Under the pieces are notes generated by a model. It ran no database searches. It worked only from the letters and a program-made list of their open reading frames with translations, and was not told where the DNA came from. Below, one piece after another: positions 23,934 through 37,029 of a DNA stretch of 64,000 nucleotides (its first letter is position 1; the number at the start of each line of letters is the position of its first letter). The DNA is from Ptychomitrium polyphyllum. Taxonomy: Eukaryota. The DNA lies in NCBI GenBank assembly GCA_973851085.1, contig OZ316775.1:8122001-8186000 (forward strand). Reading direction: 5' to 3'. The position numbers and the translations under genes are program-made.

Positions 23934-24850
23934 GAGAATTCAAGAGAATGTGGACCCCGGGTTGCCCACTGGCCAGTGAGAGAATTGGTTTGCAGCTTCA
24001 TTCCACCTGCAAAACCCGGGTCCCTCATTCCCTCATGCCCCCATTGCCAAACGAAGCGAGCTTTCGGGGATTCTGTTCTCCAGGTTCTTCAGCCTTGTTC
24101 CGTTTTGCAGTTTGCAATGTCAATGTACCTTTCTCGAATTTTTCTTCCTCTGATCCGGCTCCGTTCTCTGTTCCTTTCACTTCGGCTGTCACGACCCTTG
24201 TAATGCACCTTAACAAACGTCACGCACGTCAACTCTGTACACCCGCATATGCACCTGGTTAACTCCCATTTTCACTCTCCAAGTCCCAAGCTTGGTTTCT
24301 AATTCACCCTACCATTTCACTTAAGGCACCCAATTGATTGGTAGTTAATGGTTAGATGCGGACTTCCATTCATGTACAAGGCCTCACTTGGTGTTATTCC
24401 CATTCCACACGGCCTAATTGCACTTAGCGGTGTCTCCTCACCACCACACATGATTCCCATGTAATCTTAAGATCACTCCGGGCCATCATGGTGCCGGCGT
24501 GAAGACACCACCTCAACTTAGTGGTAACTTTTTTATTTTAAAATTTCTGGGAGACTTGTCATATTTAGAATCTTTCTGTGGTGTGCTTTGTTTTTTATTA
24601 TTTTGTATTTTTTTTTTATCATCTAAATATAGGTGCAATACGTGGGCAAACAAGGAGCGTAGGCCTGAAATTAAAAAAAAAAAAAAAACCGCGTAAGTGG
24701 GCACAGAGAAAAAAGCGCCAAGCGCTTTGTTGGCCTAACGAAAAAAAGAAACAAAGAAATAAAAATAAAGAAAATTTTTACTTTTTATTTCTTTCAAATA
24801 AATCAAAAATATTTTTGATTTATTTGCTGCAATTTTAAAAAACCTTTGGC

Positions 24851-25008
24851 GGTTACCTGAAGCTCATGTAGAGGCACCTACGGCTGGATCTGTAATCTTG
24901 GCAGGAATTCTTTTAAAATTAGGAACCTACGGTTTTTAAAGATTTTCCATACCCATGTTTTCCGAAGCGACACTTTATTTTACTCCTTTCATTTATACTC
25001 TAAGCGTG
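24851..25008 (+). pseudogene. nad4: NUMT: mitochondrial nad4 fragment
   Basis: Translates [51 protein letters not shown], with a stop where Leu is expected. It is the right part of an insert (24529-25001) absent from the other two LTR copies. Confidence 0.92.
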
Positions 25009-25624
25009 TCCTTTTGATCTCACTAGTTCCTTTCGTGAAATCGATCATCCACCGGCTCACAATGGTGTGGGAATCTCCGTAGTGAAGCCCCAACACTAGC
25101 TCCACCAACTGAAATTCACCTTTGGTTTCTACCGGGATTCTAGGGGAGTGGAGAAGGAGACCAGCCCTCCCTATAGTACTGTCTATAGGATTCGGCAAGC
25201 CCCTTGGCCCTCTGTAGCTGGTTGAATCCTAACACATCCAAAACTTTGAAAGACTACCTAATCTCCATTGGAACTTAGACGCTGGAAGCCTTTTGGACTT
25301 CCTGCGGACCTTCAAAGAGCCATATCTTCCACGTCTGGTATTGTAATCTATTGAGCGACCATTCTATTGTCATCTACTCTTTGCGTACATACCGATAAAC
25401 TCCTCAAACATCCAATTTAACTTGGTATTCTGGGAAATATGCCTCTCCCAAGGTTCGGAACTCTTGGGGAGTCCCAACCTGCACTGTCCTAGTCCAATCC
25501 AGTCACTGTCTAGGACTGCCACAGTCCAGAACAGTTCTTTGGCAACCCCAACTTTGGGATGCCATATCTTTTAGCTCCCTTGTCTAATTTGAACAATCTT
25601 TAGCATTCTAGAATCAACTCGTCG

Positions 25625-26770
25625 TATCGCAACCCTTGTAATGCACCTTAGCAAGCGTCATGCGCGTCAACCCTGCACACCCCCACATGTACATGGTTAA
25701 CCCCCATTCTCACTTTTCAAATCTTTCTACCATTTCTCTAAGAACACTCAATTGATTGGTAGCCAATGGTTAGGTACAAACTTCCATTCATGTCTAAGGC
25801 CTCACTTGGTGTTATTTCCATTCCACACGGCCTAACCGCACTTAGTGGTGTCTCCTCACCACCACTCATGATCTCCATGAAATCTTAAGATTATCCCGGG
25901 CCATCATGGTGCCGGCGTGAAGACACCACCCCAACTTAGTGGTAACAAGCGTACCCTTTTAAACGTGCTAATTTCCTCCGTGAAACCAGCCATCCACCGG
26001 CTCACAATGGTGTAGGAGTCCTCGTGGTGAAGTCCCAATACTAGCTCCACCAACCGGGACTCATCCTCAGCCTCCACCGAGACACTAGGGAAGTGGGAAG
26101 GGGGACCAGCCCTCCCTTATAGTACTCTCTGTGGAATTCGGCAGGCCCCCTGGCCCTCTGTAGTTGGCTAAACCCCGACACACCTAGAGTTTTGGAAGAC
26201 CACCCAAACTTCCTTGAGACTTAGCCGCTGGAAGCCTTCGGGACTCCCAATGGACCTTTAGGAAGCCATATCTTCCTCATCCGGTATCCGAATGTATCAA
26301 GCAACCACTCTATCATCATCTACTCTTTGTGTAGATGCCAATAGACTTCTCAAATGTCCGATTTGAGTTAGTATTGTGGGAGATACGCCTCTCCCAAGGT
26401 TCGGGACTTCCGGGGAGTCCTTCCCTGGACTATCCCACTCCAGTACAGTCACTGTGTAGGGCTGCCACAGTCCAGAACAACCTCTTGGCAACCCCAACTT
26501 TGGGATGCCATAACTTTTGGCTCCCTTGTCCGATTTGAGCAATCTTTAGCATTCTAGAATCAACTCTTTGTGATTCTTCCAATGCCCACGATTTATCCCT
26601 TGTGGCCCTTGGTCTACATGGATAAGGATGTTTCTCCTTCTAAGGGTCCTTTCCATGCTAGGCCCACTCAGTTTCCCTCACCTATTGGCGCCACAAGTTC
26701 CGGACGTCACTCCGGAGTTCCCTTTATGCCCTTAGTGTTGTGGGCATTCTTCAAGGAGAGGTGCGCGACA
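25625..26770. mobile_element. Solo LTR, family A copy 2 (1146 bp), nested in copy 1 in the same orientation
   Basis: Termini TATCGC (TG mutated)...GCGACA; perfect TSD CGTCG at 25620-25624 and 26771-26775. Confidence 0.9.
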
Positions 26771-26974
26771 CGTCGTGAGTCCTCTAATGCTTACAATTTC
26801 TCCCTCATGGCCCTCGAACTACATGAGTAAAGATGTTTCTCTCCTTTGAAATCCTTCCCACGTTAGGCCTACTTGGGCCACTTTATTATCAGCGCCACAA
26901 GTCCTTGACGTCACTCCGAGGTCCCTCTAGTGCCCTTAGTATTGCAGGCACTCTTAAAAGAGAAGTGCGCAACA

Positions 26975-27325
26975 TTGGCTCCATTCTCTGTTCCTTTCAC
27001 TCCGGCTCCGTTCTTTTTTCATTTCACTTTGGCTCCGTTCTCTGTTCCTTTCACTTTGGCTCCGTTCTCTATTTCTTTTATTCCGGCTCTGTTATCTTTT
27101 CTTTTCACTCTGGCTCCGTTATCTTTTCCTTTCACTCCGGCTCCGTTCTTTTTTCATTTCACTTTGACTCCATTTTCTGTTCCTTTCACTTCGGGTCCAT
27201 TCTTTGTTTTTTTTACTCCGGCTCTGTTATCTTTTCTTTTCACTCCGGCTCCGTTCTCTGTTCCTTTCACTCCGGCTCCGTTCTCTTTTCCTTTTTCACT
27301 CCGGCTCTGTTCTCTTTTCCTTTTG
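26975..27325. repeat. 27-bp pyrimidine-rich minisatellite (ctccggctccgttctctgttcctttca), ~13 copies; one further unit at ~24154-24186, left of the LTR insertion
   Basis: Visible 27-bp periodicity; it produces the spurious ORFs 26833-27348 and 26930-27331. Confidence 0.9.
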
Positions 27326-29512
27326 CTTTAGTGTCGTTCCTTCTTTAGCCCTTTGTTGAATGTCGCATATTTCCTACCTTTCTTTCTAGCTTTCTTTTCT
27401 CACTTTTTTTTTTAGCTAGAAAGAAAAACTAATAATGAAAGCTAGAAATGAAAGCTAAAAATAATTTTGTAATAAATTTTGCAAAATTTTGGTTTTTTCT
27501 TAAATTTTATAAATTTTACAAATATTTTTCAAGATATTTTTGATATATAATTGTGAATTTTAAAGCTAAAAGATAGAAAACATCATATAATTCCATAGAT
27601 TTTTAAAGAGGTAATTCATATATTTAAAGCATTACAATTCTAAATAAAATAATTTTATAATAATTCTTTGATATTGTTTTTTTTTACAATGTTTTAATTA
27701 ATCAAATGCATAGAACTCCTTTAAATAAGACCATTGAACATGATCATAGCCAACACATATTATTCAAAAAAAATTTGAGATTTGAATATTTTAATAGAAT
27801 TAATTTAGTTCTTAGCTTTAAAAATAATTTTTCAAATTAAAAAATTAATTTGTAATTGCAATAATTATTAAATTTTTGACTATTAAAAATTTTATATTGA
27901 AGTATTTTATTTAAACTTTTTTAATTCTTAAATAACTTAAAAATACCTACATTATACTTGAATATATTTTGAACATTTTATTGAGCCAAAGATATATGAA
28001 ATATTTTACAATTATATCTAAAGTTAAAAAATAGAATCATAAGTTTTATTCTACATATTACCTATATTTTAATATTATTTCTTTAATTAAAAAGAAGTCA
28101 TATTATATCCAATTTTCAATCAAAACTATCTAATAAAAAATTATATCATATACCATCTTGAGCTTTTAAATCCCATTTAAAAAAAATGATTTTATCTTCA
28201 CATAATGCTAGCCATTATCATTGTTCTCAATGTTATGGCTCATAAGTATCAATTAGAAGAAACTATTTTTTAATTATTATCAAATTAATCATATTTTTAA
28301 AATTATAAATGACCAAAAATCATCACATATGCATCCATTTATCAAGAGCCATTATTAAACATGTTGCCTTAATAGCAATACTGCCCTTTTACAACTATTA
28401 ATCAAAACAATTTTTTCATGTTGTTATAATATATTTGCTATTAATGACAAAAGAAACAAGAAGCACATACAAAATGTTTCATGAATAAGCTTCCAAAGAG
28501 CTAGTAATTAAAAATAATTGAAATTTTTTTGGAATAAAGGTATAAGACAATATAATCTAGAACTTGCATTGGCAAAACTAAAATATACCTTGATTTGCCT
28601 CTTATTTATACTACAATGCATATATTTCCTATGATACTTCTAAATTAAGCTTCTTATGAAGCTTAAAAATGTTCTAGAAGTCTGTAAACTTTTTTCAAGA
28701 AATTCCTCAAAGAGGTAGAACCTTTATAAAAAATTATCCAAGAAATGAAATGGCTATGGAAGCATTGAAAGTACTCTAGAAATCTACTATAATGTACCAA
28801 AAGATTCCAAAAGATTCTAAAATCTATGTTGCATAATCCATGTCTGTAACATCACTTCTTTCTTTAGCGATAAGTCCTACAAGAAGCTTTTATTGTAGCT
28901 TGCTTGTTACATCTCCACAAATTTCAAAATTTATCAAAGAAGAGAAGCAACATATTCTGCTCATTGTTCTTTGTCTACTAGTTCAATTGGTCGTTGCAAG
29001 AAGCGTCGATGACCACCAATTAAATTTTTGTTGTTGAGGTGACTTTGTCCAGGATTTTATCTTGATTAAATCCTTCAAAACATCCTCCAAATAGGATCTC
29101 TGCTCTTCTAAGACTAACTCTTCTAACTTCTCACAAGATGACAAGAACTCGAGCATCTGAATCAAAACTAGAATGTGAAGGACAATTGGCCAATACTTCT
29201 ATACAAGATCGCATTTAACATTAGAAGGCCTCTGTCATATCTTGGCTTAGATCCTCCGGTGTTGAAGGTTGAAAAAGTTGAATTGATTCAATAGGTATTG
29301 CCATTGAAGAAGGTACAACCATCTAAACTTTACACATGTCCATAATAACACAAAGACTTGACATACTAATTAAGATCTAGAAACGATCTATCTTGAAAAT
29401 ATTGTTGCATACAAGTGAAGGTTGGATATTGTTTTTCCCTTCTTATACTTATTTATGAGAAAATCTTCTCTATAAAGCTAACGGCTATTGGTTTATCATA
29501 ATACATCATCAA

Positions 29513-30671
29513 TGTCGCGCACCTCTCCTTGGGGAGTGCCCGCAACACTAAGGGCACAAGGGGGACCCTGGAGTGACGTCCGGGACTTGTGGCGCCGATA
29601 GTGAGGGAAACCGAGTGGACCTAGCGTGGGAAGGACCCTTAGAAGGAGAAACATCCTTATCCATGTAGACCGAGGGCCACGAGGGATAAATCGTGGGCAT
29701 TGGAAGAATCACGAAGAGCTGATTCTAGAATGCTAAAGATTGTCCAAATCGGACAAGGGAGCTAAAAGTTATGGCATCCCAAAGTTGAGGTTGCCAAGGG
29801 GCTGTTCTGGAGTGGGACAGTACTGGAGTGGCAGCCCCACACAGTGACAGTACTGGAGTGGGACAGTCCAAGGAGGGACTCCTCGGGAGTCCCGAACCTT
29901 GGGAGAGGCGTATCTCCCACAATACTAACTCAAATTGGACGTTTGAGGAGTTTATCGGCATCTACGCAAAGAGTAGATGACAATAGAGTAGTTGCTTAAA
30001 ACTTTTGGGCACCGGATGAGGAAGATATGGCTCCCTAAAGGTCCGCTGGGAGTCCCGGAGGCTTCCAGCGGCCAAGTCCCAAGGGAAATAGGATGGTCTT
30101 CCAAAACTCTAGGTGTGTCGGGGTTCAGCCAGCTACAAAGGGCCAGGGGGCCTGCCGAATCCCACAAAGAGTACCATAAGGGAAGGTTGGTCCCCCTCCC
30201 CACTCCCCTAGTGTCCCGGTAGAGACCAATGGTGAGTCTCGGTTGGTGGAGCTAGTGTTGGGGCTTTACAACGGGGACACCCACACCATTGTGAGCCGGT
30301 GGACGGTTGATTTCACGAAGGGAACTAGCACGTTCAAAAGGGTACGCTTGTTACCACTAAGCTAGGGTGGTGTCTTCACGCCGGCACTATGATGGCCCGA
30401 GGTGATCTTAGGATCACATGGGCATCATGAGTGGTGGTGAAGAGACACCACTAAGTGCGGTTAGGCCGTGTAGAATGGGAGTAACACCAAGTGAGGCCTT
30501 TGACATGAATGAAAGTCCGCACGTAACCATTGGCTATTAATAAATTGGGTGTCCTAAGAAAAATGATAGAAAGACTTGGAAAGTGAAAATGGGGGTTAAC
30601 CATGTGCATGTGAGGGTGTATAGGGTTGACGCGCGCAACGCTTGCTAAGGTGCATTACAAGGGTTGCGACA
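29513..30671. mobile_element. Solo LTR, family A copy 3 (1159 bp), inverted relative to copies 1 and 2, nested in the gypsy element's 3' region
   Basis: Termini TGTCGC...GCGACA; perfect TSD ATCAA at 29508-29512 and 30672-30676; reverse complement matches 25625-26770. Confidence 0.93.
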
Positions 30672-33287
30672 ATCAATGACTTGATTTTTGAAGATATCTT
30701 TGATGGGATATGCGTACCTTGTCTGATGCATTTGTCACATTCAGTGAAAGTTCCTATGTTTGATCATTGATGTCATATCCTTGCCAATCTATAAGATATT
30801 CTACATATCCATTTTTTATGCATGAATGTAGAAGCTCTTTGACTTCAGACTCCATTTCATTGGTGATTTCCACCAAAAGAGGCAAAAGAACAACCCTTCT
30901 TTATATACAAAACTTATTGTAGATTTTTAACAAAGATATATGAAATACTACATGAATCTGCATAGTTGGTGGTAGCTTGAAGCAATAACTAACCGAATTT
31001 ATCTGTTTGATGATTTCAAACGACCCAAGCACTTCATAATCTAATTTCTTTGACAGACTTTTTATTTTTTTATTTTATCGTAAGAGCCATATACTATTTC
31101 CAACCTTGAACTTTTGGTGGTCCTTCCGATGATAATTTGTATCAATTTTGTATCAGTTTTTGAGCTTGTTTTAATTGGAAAGAAAAGTCTTGGTGGATTT
31201 TAGCAAGTTAAGTTGTAAAATCTTCTATTGCAAGACTTCTAATATACTCCACTTAAAATAAATCTACTTGATGATGATGGCCATAGTTTGCAAAGAATGG
31301 AGCTCAAAAATGAATGAATACATTTTTTAAGCTCCGTTCTCATTAAAAAATGGATTGTATCATTGTAAATAAACTCTGTTAAAGGTAAGAGGTCTATCCC
31401 ATTGTCTTATTGATAGTTAATGCTACAACAAAATGACTTCTCCAATATTTGATCACAAATTTGGTTTAACCATCAATTTGCGGATGGTGTGCTAAAAAAA
31501 GGTTAATCTTTACATGCAAGAATTGCTATAGAGCCTTTCAAAAGTTGAAAATGTATTGCAGCCCTTGATTGGATACATCATCATTTGGTAGTTTATATAT
31601 GGAATAATTAAAATTTAGGAACAACTTAGCAGTTTCTTCTTTTGTTACCATCTTGTTTCATGAAATGAAATGCGCTATCTTGGTGAAGCAGTCCAATACT
31701 ACTAAGATGGAATGCTTAAAATTGGAACTGGAGAGATTAAAATAAAATTCATTCACAATGACAACCATGGATCCTTTGGCATTAGAAAAAGATGGGAGTA
31801 ACCATGAGGTTGGTGTCTTGGTACCTTGGCCCTTGTGCAAGTGTTGCATAATCAAACAAAGTCCTTCATATATTTCCATATTTGTAGCCATCAATAGCCA
31901 CTAGCAAACAACTCTATTGTTTTATTCAATCCAAAATGCTAGAAAATCATGGCGTGCTTGAAGGATCTTCAATTGTAATGGTTCTAGAGATAGGTACAAA
32001 AGTTCTTTATAATAAAATATGCCTTCTTAGAATTCAAAGTCATCACCAAAATTCAAAACATCTCCGTTGTCTTTAAAACGCCTTTTCATATTTGAAATAA
32101 AGACATCATTCTTTAAAGCCTTCTAAATTTTGTCAATATGGGATATTGTGGTCATAATTTCTACTTTTAAGTGAAGATTATGTGGCTTCAATAAAATAGT
32201 CCTTTATTGATCCAAAACTTCATTTCTAGGTTCAAAAGCCAAATAAGATTTTTGAAATAATATATATGGCTTATCTAATAGGCTACCAAGTTAATAGGTA
32301 ATGACAAAGTTTAATCTAAATAGCGACATATTCAGCCTTGATTGACAACAATTTAGAATACACGCATCCATAAAATACTCAAGGTTCTTATTGTCTATAT
32401 TTATTATAATGGTATGTTGAGTTCTTTCCAATAAATCTTATTATTCCTCAAATACATCCACAATTGCAAGTAATTCTTTGTTATGTATATCTTAATTGAT
32501 CTTTGGTGTTGTAAATTTCCTTAAATAGAAAGCAATTGGATGAAATCTTCTATTTTTGCGATATTATAAGAATACTAATCCAAGCGCAAAGTCTGAAGCA
32601 TCCGATTCCAAATATAAAGGTTTTAATGGATTTAAATGAATAAGAATTGGAGCCATTATAAAGGACTTCTTCAAACCTTAAAATACTTTGTTTGCCTCTT
32701 CATGCCAAATAATTTTTGCTTCTTTGTAAACCGAGTCATTGTTGTTACAATTTTAAAATAATTTTTGATGATTACCTTGTAGAAATTTACAAATCTCAAG
32801 AAGCATTGAACATCTCAAATTTATCTTGGCATATTCTTCTCTATGACAATGCTTGTCTTCTCTCCATTCAATTAAATTAATCTTTTGGAGATAATATAGC
32901 GTAAAACTTCAAATAGAGATTCATTGAAAATGTACTTCTTTATTTTGGCATATAATCCTTGCATATGAAGTTTTTTTGAGACTATTCACATTTGACATTT
33001 GTAGTCTTATTCATCTTTGAATATATCAAAATATCATTCAAATACATGAGTACAAAATTGTCCAAATGCTTATAAAAGATATCATTTATCATGTGTTGAA
33101 AGATTGTAAGGGCATTAATAAGGTCAAAAGGCATAACATTGTTTTCAAAATGGCTATATTCAGATTAAAAAGTTGTCTTCCATTTCTCTCCTTCTTTTAT
33201 ATGAACAAGATTATAAGCTCCTCTAAAATCAATTTTGGTAAATATCTTTGCTTAGCCAAGTTGTTGTAGGAGTCTTGAGATTAATAG

Positions 33288-33888
33288 TGTCACGGACATA
33301 GATCATGCAACATAATCCTTAGAACATTCTAGAACCTTCTGGTATATTATAGTAGCTTCTTAGAATACTTTCAAATATCTCCATAGCCTCTCCATGTTTT
33401 TTGGAAGCTGCCTAAAAAAGCTCCTCCACCTTATGAAACTTTTTAAGAAGGCTCCATCATTTCAAGAAACTTCCTATGAAGGTTCCATCACCTTAGGAAA
33501 CTTCCTAAGAAGGTTCCATCATCTTAAAAAACTTCCTAGGAAAGTTCCATTACTTTAAGAAATTTCCTAGAAAGATTCTACTATAAGAAAACTTCCTAAG
33601 GAGGTTCCAACAACTTAGGAAACTTCTTGGAAAGATTCCCTAGATTTCTAGAACATTCTTAAGCCTTATAAGAAGCTTCTTTAGAAGTATCTTAAGAAAT
33701 AAAAACGTCATAGTATAAATAGGAGGCAAAACAAGGTATTCCTTAGTCTTGCCAATTCAAGCTGTGGGTTATCTTGTATCTTGTCTTGTTCTAGTTTTTG
33801 TATCAAGTTCTTGTTAATCATTAGCTCTTTGGAAGCTAATTCTTGGAAAACACTTCGTTTCTGTTTCTTATTTCTTGTGTTCCTAACA
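33288..33888 (+). mobile_element. Solo LTR of the gypsy element's own family (601 bp), inserted antisense into its RT, with an internal 31-bp tandem array
   Basis: TGTCACGGACATAGATCATGCAAC...CCTAACA matches the reverse complement of LTR 36075-36522; TSD AATAG/AATGG. About 7 copies of aggttccatcaccttaggaaacttcctaaga at ~33420-33640. Confidence 0.85.
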
Positions 33889-36800
33889 AATGGTAATAGA
33901 TAACAATTCTTTTCAATCACTTTATTGAAGCCTTGATAGTCCACGTATATATATAATAATCCATTGTTCTTCTTTACAAATAGACTGGATATTAGATAGG
34001 TGCAAAAGGTAGGTGGATTCTTTTTTGTAACTCAATGGCATTGTTGTAAGGCCAATTCTCTAATAATAAGCTAATATTTTGTTTTTAGAATACGCCTTTA
34101 TACTCTTGGTATCAATGAGATATGCCTTGATTTGTCTCTTATATAGAGCCAAACATTAACATGTCATAAATGGCATAGATTGACTTATCTTTTGTTATAT
34201 TCATGAATGCTTGAGCTCCAATGATGGTCAAAGATTTCTTGTACTTTGATGTCTTTTCCTTGAGACTACACTTTGTGAGCGCCAATCAATGTCTAGAAAA
34301 TGTAACTCAAACCAAAGAAGGCCCAAGACAATAGAACTGATTTGACATTGAATGATGTTAAAGATAATCTTAGATATGTGATCTTCTAAAGCAACTCCAA
34401 AAGCTGAGTTTCTTTTATAACATTACCAGATGCAATAAATGTCCATTAATAACTTCAACAAGTAAAAGATATTTTTTGTTTATATGCACCATGTTGTATT
34501 TGGTTGCAAAATCCTTGTCTATAAAGCATGATGTTGCTTTAGTGTCCGAAAGAACTTTGCCAAATATTTCACTATCTAACAATGTGATTTTGATAGGAAA
34601 CGTAAAGCAAGAAGTAGGGGTTGGAGGTAATAACAGACCTTGAATTGATAATTGTTTCCTTGTGGTGTTCAATTGCATGATTTCTATTGGAACTAGACAT
34701 CTTTGTTTTCCAACTCCACCATTGTGCTCCAAGCCTTCAAGGCAAGTCCCTTGATTTGGCAATTGTGCACTTCATGTCTAGACTTGCCACAATACAAATA
34801 TAGGATTTTTCTTTGATGCTTGTCCTTCTCCTCAAGAATCAAGCATTTAAATTAGGTAGCATCAATTTGCATAGGTGATGGTCCATATGGTCGGCTTTTC
34901 AATACTTTTGAAGAAGTGCTTGTTATACCTTGATGTATCAATCTCCATTCCAAGCATTGTTCTTGGCGACTTTCAAATAATCTATCGTCACATACTATGA
35001 CTTAAGTATAGAATTCATCCAATGTATTAGCCTTTAGCATTGTACGTAACAAATCCTTCACATTCTCTTTCAAGTTCCATCGGAATCGTGTGACCAAGGC
35101 CTTATTATTTCAACCAAGGTTACAAACTAATTGATCAAACTCTACAATATATGTAGCAACCAAGCATTATACTTATTGTAGACTTTGGATCCTTGTTTCA
35201 ATTATCATTTCTCAATTGGTATCTCCAAATGTAAATGACAATGCTTCCATCAAAGCATCTAAGTTGTTTAATAATGGTGAATTCTTCTCCATTAATGGTG
35301 CAAAATACAATAGTACATTGTTTGATAGAAGAGTGGCTATAAACTCCACTTGAATAGTGTCGTCAGAATATCAAAATTGATGCAGACTGACATAGAGCCT
35401 TACTTGTTGAATGAGGCCTCTCAACTTTGATCTTGATCCATCAAACTTATCTAGCATATTAACCTTTGGTTTTACATGGTTTTTATATAAGAATTTTCTT
35501 TCAATATTGGCCTCTTGCAATAAACAATTTCTTGATATAGACTCTAAATATCACCATTGGATTCTTCAATATAATTAGTACTCTATTCTAAATTGTTGGT
35601 GGTGTTGAAACGAGGTAGCTTTGTTTGAATTGTATTTAATAATATTTGAAGGTTTGCAATAGTTGCAAATCTATTCTTTGATGTTCTTGGCACGTTATTC
35701 ATACTCTAATCAATACACTTTATAAATGAAGGAGGAAAAAAAGAAAACAAACAATTAGCTTAGAAAAAAATAATATGCAATTTCTAAAGATTTTTTATAT
35801 CTTCTAGAAGAAAACTATATATTTAAGATTGTCAAAGATAACAAAATTATTAACATCTTCAAAAGAGGGTAATCTGCATTTTTTAAAAGATTAATCCTTC
35901 TTTAAAAGAAATAGCACTTATTTTTCAAAAAAAAAGATCAACTTATGGTATTAGCTTAAAGGAGAGTAATCCACAACCTCCAGGACTTCTTAGGATTCTA
36001 AAGAAGATGGAAAATCTACTATTTCCCTCAAATAAACTTTATCTTTGACAAAGATTAGAATATTCTTGTCAAATTGTTAACGACACAAGAAACAAAAAGC
36101 CAGCACAAAGTGGTTTTCAAAAATTAGCTTCCAAAAAGTTAATGATTAATAATAACTAATATAAAGAACCAAATAAAAATAAGATATAATGGAATCCACA
36201 ATTTGTGTTGGCAAGACAAAAGTATATCTTGTCTTGTCTCCTAATTATACTATAACACTTATATTTTGTAGAATACTTCTGAAAAAGCTTGCTATAAAGC
36301 TTGAGAATGTTCAAGAAGTTTATGGAACTTTTCTAAGAAGTTCTTTAGGGAGGTGGAATCATCCTAAAAAGATCCTAAGAAGGAGATAAAACCTTTTTAA
36401 GAAGTTTTTCAACTATTGGAATGGCTATGGAAGAATTGAAAATATCCTAAGATGTTACTATAATGTACCAAAAGGTTCCAAATGATTTTAAAGATTGTGT
36501 TGCATGATCTATATCCATGACATTTGCATTATATTCATTAACCATTGATTAATAGAAAATGGCTAATAGTTAATAGTCATTAGCCATCAAAATCAAAATA
36601 CTAATGTTTTGTATTTAGAAAATGATATTAATGAAATGAAAATTGGATGCACATGGATTTATAATATTACAATATGAAAAATATGACTTTTTATAATTAA
36701 AAGCCAATTTTTAAAAGATTTTTGTCCAATCCTAATATAAATTGTATTTTCAAAACATATGAAATTAAACTTTTATTGAAAAATATAATTTTATTATTAT

Positions 36801-37029
36801 TGGTCTTTTAAATTTTATTCTCATTCACCAAAAATTGTTGGAAAAGTATTAAAGTTTTCTTAAAAATACATTATTCATTCTAATTGTCACAAGTCTTTAG
36901 CCTCAATTTATAAACTAAATCTTAAGAATAATAAAGGCATTTTTTAATAAATAAAATAATATATATTTCATATCATATAAATTCATAGAATCATGAAAAT
37001 GTCATTAAATATTTTTACCTTCATAAATT

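Larger units (their letters stand above)
24187..26974. mobile_element. Solo LTR, family A copy 1 (~1.16 kb net), interrupted by a ~470-bp partly mitochondrial insert and by family A copy 2
   Basis: Termini TGTCAC...GCAACA; TSD TCGGC (24182-24186) / TTGGC (26975-26979). Colinear with copies 2 and 3 over 24187-24528, 25002-25624 and 26776-26974. Confidence 0.85.
28439..36522 (-). mobile_element. Degenerate full-length Ty3/gypsy chromovirus-type LTR retrotransposon
   Basis: Direct-repeat LTRs at 36075-36522 (5') and 28439-28851 (3'); TSD TTTGC at 28434-28438 and 36523-36527; PPT-like purine tract next to the 3' LTR. Minus-strand relics in gypsy order: zinc knuckle LYCGKSRHEVHNC (~34760-34800), protease LSDTKATSCFID (~34520-34555), RT KIDFRGAYNLV and YLNDILIY (~33020-33240), RNase H SDASDFALG (~32580-32610), integrase VVLDCFTKIAHF (~31665-31705), chromodomain EVKELLHS...EYLIDWQGYD (~30770-30850). 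Many stops and frameshifts. Confidence 0.9.

Noticed and set aside
23534..24262. 242-aa ORF with CxxC-like repeats (metal-binding look-alike)
   Set aside because: The Cys pattern arises from the GTGCAGT simple repeat, the ORF runs into an LTR, and it has a non-ATG start.
26833..27348. 171-aa and 133-aa hydrophobic repetitive ORFs
   Set aside because: They are translations of an LTR end plus the 27-bp minisatellite.
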